Positions 52,516-56,228 of a stretch of 56,228 nt of DNA are shown here, in pieces. The notes beneath the pieces are model-generated. The model made no database searches. It saw only the letters and a program-made list of their open reading frames with translations, and was not told the DNA's origin. The position numbers and the translations under genes were made by a program. The number at the start of each line of letters is the position of its first letter. Positions within the stretch are counted from its first letter, which is position 1. The stretch covers positions 1 through 56,228 of the forward strand of contig CAZBLS010000003.1 in assembly GCA_964492705.1 (NCBI GenBank), given 5' to 3'. Origin of the DNA: an uncultured Oscillospiraceae bacterium (GTDB taxonomy: Bacteria; Bacillota; Clostridia; Christensenellales; QALW01).

Positions 52516-54237
52516 ATGTTTAAATTACTGAAAAATTTGAAAAATTACAAAAAAGAAACGGTTCTTGCACCGCTCCTTAAAATGGCGGAAGCGTTGCTTG
52601 AACTTTTTGTACCGCTTGCCGTTTCAAGCCTCATTGATAAGGGAATAAACGGCACCGGCGGAACTGAATACGTGATAAAAATGTGTTTACTGCTTGTGGC
52701 ATTCGGTCTTGTGGGACTGGTGTTTTCGGTTACAGCACAGTTCTTTGCGGCAAAGGCGGCGGTAGGATTTACAAAAGAAGTGCGCTTGAAACTTTTTGCG
52801 CATATTCAGCAAATTGAATATTCAAAACTTGACAAGCTCGGTACTTCCACACTTATGACAAGGCTGACAAGCGATATGAATCAGGTGCAAAACGGTATAA
52901 ATCTTACCCTGCGCCTGCTTTTAAGGTCACCTTTTGTGGTATTCGGCTCAATGATAATGGCGTTTACCGTAAACGTAAAACTTGCCCTTATTTTTGCGGT
53001 GGCTATACCTGTACTTGCGGTTATTGTTTTTTCCGTAATGCTTGCCTGCATTCCTCTTTACAAAAAAGCACAGGCAAAACTTGATGCCCTTTTAAGTGCC
53101 ACAAGGGAAAACTTAACGGGTGTAAGAGTTATACGTGCCTTTTGCAAGGAAGAAAATGAGATAGAACGCTTTAATGAGAGAAACGAAGACCATACAAGGG
53201 AACAGCGTATAGTAGGCAGTATATCGGCACTTATGAATCCGCTCACGTACGTAGCGGTAAATTTGGCTATCGTTTACCTTATATACAGGGGCGCAATAAG
53301 CGTTGAGGGCGGAATAATCACGCAGGGTGCGCTTATTGCACTTTACAATTATATGACGCAGATACTTACCGAACTTATAAAACTTGCGAACCTTATAATA
53401 AACATTACCCGTTCGGTGGCTTGCGGAAACAGGGTGCAGGCGGTACTTGAAGAAGATACGGGCATTTTGGGCGGTGCTGACAAGGAGATAGACGAAGACG
53501 GTTTTGCCGTTGAGTTTGAAAACGTATCTCTTATCTACGGAGACGACAGAGAACCCTCCCTTGAAAATGTTGACTTTAAAGTAAAAAAAGGTCAAACAGT
53601 GGGCATTATCGGCGGAACAGGTTCGGGTAAAACGAGTATCGTAAATATGATTCCGGCATTTTATCCGGCAAGCACGGGAAAAGTAAAGGTTTTCGGCAAA
53701 GACGTAAAGGATACGGACAGAGATTTTTTGCGTTCGCTTATCGGCATAGTACCTCAAAAGGCAATGCTGTTTAAAGGTACGGTAAGGGAAAATCTGCTTT
53801 GGGGTAACGAAAATGCCGACGATGAAACGCTTGAAAGAGCGCTGGCGATATCTCAAAGCACGGAAGTTATCGCCTCCAAACCCGAGGGGCTTGATGCACC
53901 TGTTGAACAGAACGGCAGGAATTTTTCCGGCGGACAGAAACAGCGCCTTACAATAGCCCGTGCACTTGTAAAAAATCCCAAGATACTGATTTTGGATGAC
54001 AGTGCATCCGCTCTTGACTATGCTACCGACCTTAAATTGCGCCGAGGCATAAGCGAACTGAAAGATATGACGGTGTTTATAGTTTCTCAAAGAACGTCGT
54101 CAATACGCCACGCAGACCTTATTTTGGTGCTTGAAGACGGCAAAATATCGGCAAAGGGAACGCATAGCGAATTGCTTGAAACTTCGCCCCTTTACCGTGA
54201 AATACATTATTCCTCAAACAGGGAGGAGCAAAAATGA
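52516..54237 (+). CDS. ABC exporter, fused permease/ATPase (heterodimer half 1)
   Basis: 573 aa, 6-TM domain plus NBD (Walker A GGTGSGKTS, signature FSGGQKQR, Walker B ILILDD). Confidence 0.9.
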   Translation: MFKLLKNLKNYKKETVLAPLLKMAEALLELFVPLAVSSLIDKGINGTGGTEYVIKMCLLLVAFGLVGLVFSVTAQFFAAKAAVGFTKEVRLKLFAHIQQIEYSKLDKLGTSTLMTRLTSDMNQVQNGINLTLRLLLRSPFVVFGSMIMAFTVNVKLALIFAVAIPVLAVIVFSVMLACIPLYKKAQAKLDALLSATRENLTGVRVIRAFCKEENEIERFNERNEDHTREQRIVGSISALMNPLTYVAVNLAIVYLIYRGAISVEGGIITQGALIALYNYMTQILTELIKLANLIINITRSVACGNRVQAVLEEDTGILGGADKEIDEDGFAVEFENVSLIYGDDREPSLENVDFKVKKGQTVGIIGGTGSGKTSIVNMIPAFYPASTGKVKVFGKDVKDTDRDFLRSLIGIVPQKAMLFKGTVRENLLWGNENADDETLERALAISQSTEVIASKPEGLDAPVEQNGRNFSGGQKQRLTIARALVKNPKILILDDSASALDYATDLKLRRGISELKDMTVFIVSQRTSSIRHADLILVLEDGKISAKGTHSELLETSPLYREIHYSSNREEQK

Positions 54238-55961
54238 ATAAGGAAACTTTAAAGAAGATACTTAATTTCTTGGGTAAATATAGGATAATGATATTACTTT
54301 CCCTTTTGCTTTCGGCGGTCAACGTGATATTTACCCTGTACGTCCCCATAATTTTAGGTGAAACGTTCGACAGTATTACCGAAGCGGGCAAGGTGAATTT
54401 GGACGCGGTAATTCCTTTAATTATCAAGGCAATTATATTTGCCTGTGCGGCGGCGCTTTTGCAGTGGATTGCATCAACGGTAAATAACCGTATCGCTTTC
54501 GGAACCGTAAGGGATATAAGGGCAAAAGCCTTTGCAAAACTGCAAAAACTTCCCCTTTCTTACCTTGATACAAAACCCGTGGGCGAAGTGGTTTCGAGGA
54601 TAATTTCCGATACCGAACAGTTTTCCGACGGCTTGCTTATGGGATTTACCCAACTTTTCAGCGGTGTCGTAACGGTAGTTGCCACTCTTGTATTTATGAT
54701 CACGGTCAATTGGAAGATCGCTCTTGCCGTTGCCGTACTTACCCCTCTTTCACTGTTTACCGCAAAATTTATTGCGGGCAAAACTTATTCGATGTTTAAA
54801 AAGCAGTCGGAGACGAGAGGCGAACAGACGGCGTTTATCGATGAGATGATAACGGGGGAAAAGACGGTTAAGGCATTCGGCAGAGAAGATGCTGTTACCG
54901 AGAAATTCGCAGAGATTAACGAAAGGCTTGCGGAGCATTCCCTTAAAGCCACGTTCTTCTCTTCGCTTACAAACCCCACCACAAGGTTTATAAACAGTGT
55001 GGTATATGCGGTGGTTGCTCTTGTGGGCGGAATAAGCGTGCTTGCAGGCGGACTTACCGTGGGCGGAATGACGTGTTTGCTCAGTTACGCAAATCAGTAC
55101 ACAAAACCCTTTAATGAGATATCGGGAGTTATTACCGAGATACAGAACGCTTTTGCCTGTGCAAAGAGAGTGTTTGAACTTATCGAAAGCGAACCCGAAA
55201 GCGAGGATGCACCCAAGAGGTTGGGCAGTGCAGAGGGGAACGTAAAACTTGACGGAGTATGTTTTTCCTATACACCCGACAGAAAACTGATTGAAAACTT
55301 TACACTCAATGTACCGCAGGGTAAGCGTGTGGCGATAGTCGGTCCCACGGGGTGCGGAAAGACAACGCTCATAAATCTTCTTATGCGTTTTTACGATGTG
55401 AATTCAGGTGAAATAACCGTAGACGGTGAGGATATACGCAACGTTACGAGAGAATCCCTCAGAAAAAATTACGGTATGGTATTGCAGGAAACTTGGTTAA
55501 GGGCAGGTACGGTCAGAGAAAACATTACGTTCGGTAGGGAAGACGCTACGGAAGAAGAGATCGTAAATGCGGCAAAGGCGGCACACGCTCACGGATTTAT
55601 AAAGCGTATGCCCCAAGGCTACGATACGGTAATAGGTGAGGACGGCGGAAGTCTTTCACAGGGACAGAAGCAACTTTTGTGCATAGCACGTATAATGCTC
55701 TGCCTGCCTCCTATGCTTATATTGGATGAAGCAACTTCTTCCATAGATACACGTACGGAAAAGAAGATACAGGAAGCATTCGGCACGCTTATGACGGGCA
55801 GAACGAGTTTTATCGTTGCCCATAGGCTTTCCACAATAGAAAATGCGGATATAATCCTTGTAATGAAAGACGGCAACGTAATAGAACAGGGAAATCACCG
55901 CTCGTTGCTTGATAAAAAAGGATTTTATTACGAATTGTACAACAGCCAGTTCGAAAGTTAA
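54234..55961 (+). CDS. ABC exporter, fused permease/ATPase (heterodimer half 2)
   Basis: 575 aa. Walker A GPTGCGKTT, signature LSQGQKQL, Walker B MLILDEATS. 4-nt overlap with half 1. Confidence 0.9.
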   Translation: MNKETLKKILNFLGKYRIMILLSLLLSAVNVIFTLYVPIILGETFDSITEAGKVNLDAVIPLIIKAIIFACAAALLQWIASTVNNRIAFGTVRDIRAKAFAKLQKLPLSYLDTKPVGEVVSRIISDTEQFSDGLLMGFTQLFSGVVTVVATLVFMITVNWKIALAVAVLTPLSLFTAKFIAGKTYSMFKKQSETRGEQTAFIDEMITGEKTVKAFGREDAVTEKFAEINERLAEHSLKATFFSSLTNPTTRFINSVVYAVVALVGGISVLAGGLTVGGMTCLLSYANQYTKPFNEISGVITEIQNAFACAKRVFELIESEPESEDAPKRLGSAEGNVKLDGVCFSYTPDRKLIENFTLNVPQGKRVAIVGPTGCGKTTLINLLMRFYDVNSGEITVDGEDIRNVTRESLRKNYGMVLQETWLRAGTVRENITFGREDATEEEIVNAAKAAHAHGFIKRMPQGYDTVIGEDGGSLSQGQKQLLCIARIMLCLPPMLILDEATSSIDTRTEKKIQEAFGTLMTGRTSFIVAHRLSTIENADIILVMKDGNVIEQGNHRSLLDKKGFYYELYNSQFES

Positions 55962-55969
55962 AAAAGTGC

Positions 55970-55998
55970 TTGCCAAAATGCAATGCATATGCTATAAT
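55970..55998 (+). promoter_or_regulatory. Sigma-A promoter for rpsB
   Basis: TTGCCA (55970-55975), 17 nt, TATAAT (55993-55998). Leaves a ~95-nt leader. Confidence 0.65.
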
Positions 55999-56097
55999 CT
56001 TTCGGAAATCACACTCGGGCAGTAGGGCAAAGTGCTTGTTCCGATAGGTAAACTTTGCAGCGTGCTCGGGGAGGTAAAAAACAAGGAGGACATTAAA

Positions 56098-56228
56098 ATG
56101 TCAGAAAAATCGGTTATTTCAATGAAGAGCCTGCTTGAAGCAGGTGTACACTTCGGTCACCCCACCCGTAGGTGGAACCCCAAAATGGCTCCCTATATCT
56201 TTACGGAGCGCAACGGCATCTACATTCT
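56098..56228 (+). CDS. rpsB: 30S ribosomal protein S2 (5' part, truncated by window end)
   Basis: [52 protein letters not shown] 8 nt upstream. Absent from the ORF track because it runs off the window. Confidence 0.9.
   Translation, partial: MSEKSVISMKSLLEAGVHFGHPTRRWNPKMAPYIFTERNGIYI

Noticed and set aside
53113-54090. 325-aa ORF on the - strand opposite the first ABC exporter gene
   Set aside because: Antisense shadow ORF. The composition (R/Y/K/F-rich) is typical of the reverse frame of a real gene. The ORFs 23549..24316, 25534..26334, 26590..27261, 26937..27560 and 17670..18266 were judged the same way.
1-56228. CRISPR arrays, IS elements/transposases, integrases, prophage genes, restriction-modification or other defence genes, long direct or inverted repeats
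   Set aside because: Reading both strands and all intergenic regions, I found no regularly spaced repeats, no DDE/serine/tyrosine recombinase-like ORFs and no defence-type domains. The repeats seen are only terminator hairpins and the short motifs reported above. A computational repeat and HMM scan would be needed to be definitive.

Overview
This is a 56,228-nt chromosomal window of mostly housekeeping genes. It reads like an endospore-forming Firmicute, probably class Clostridia. Supporting markers are an alpha/beta-type SASP, spoIIID and an uninterrupted pro-sigK. The neighbourhoods tilS-hpt-ftsH, tmcAL/yceD-rpmF and der-plsY-parE-parC are as in Bacillus/Clostridium. I call about 54 protein genes; many ORF-track starts were trimmed to the ATG/GTG that carries a Shine-Dalgarno (SD). 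I also call one tRNA-Leu(CAG), one short 4.5S-type SRP RNA, about 10 near-consensus sigma-A promoters and about 15 intrinsic terminators. The ORF track had absorbed the SRP RNA into a protein N-terminus. I saw no CRISPR array, transposase, integrase, phage module, obvious toxin-antitoxin pair, defence island or long repeat. I therefore cannot point to a clear multi-gene novel system. The best novelty candidates are domain fusions and small modules. (1) HflX carries a ~170-aa N-terminal extension with an exact JAMM/MPN+ metalloprotease motif. (2) A TVP38/DedA-superfamily membrane protein is fused to a partial inorganic-pyrophosphatase-like domain, and its SD abuts the SRP RNA terminator. (3) An acidic membrane protein, a 65-aa FTR-catalytic-like Cys protein and thioredoxin form one operon. 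(4) An AraC regulator sits divergent to a 758-aa FAD-oxidoreductase with a discoidin-like tail. (5) Two translationally coupled paralogous TIM-barrel-like genes have unknown function. (6) A BclA-C-like (C1q/TNF-like) putative spore-surface protein lies inside a glycerol-phosphate catabolic neighbourhood. That neighbourhood also holds a palindromic operator and a GDPD-PHP fusion enzyme. All functional calls rest on motif recognition by eye; no database search was run.
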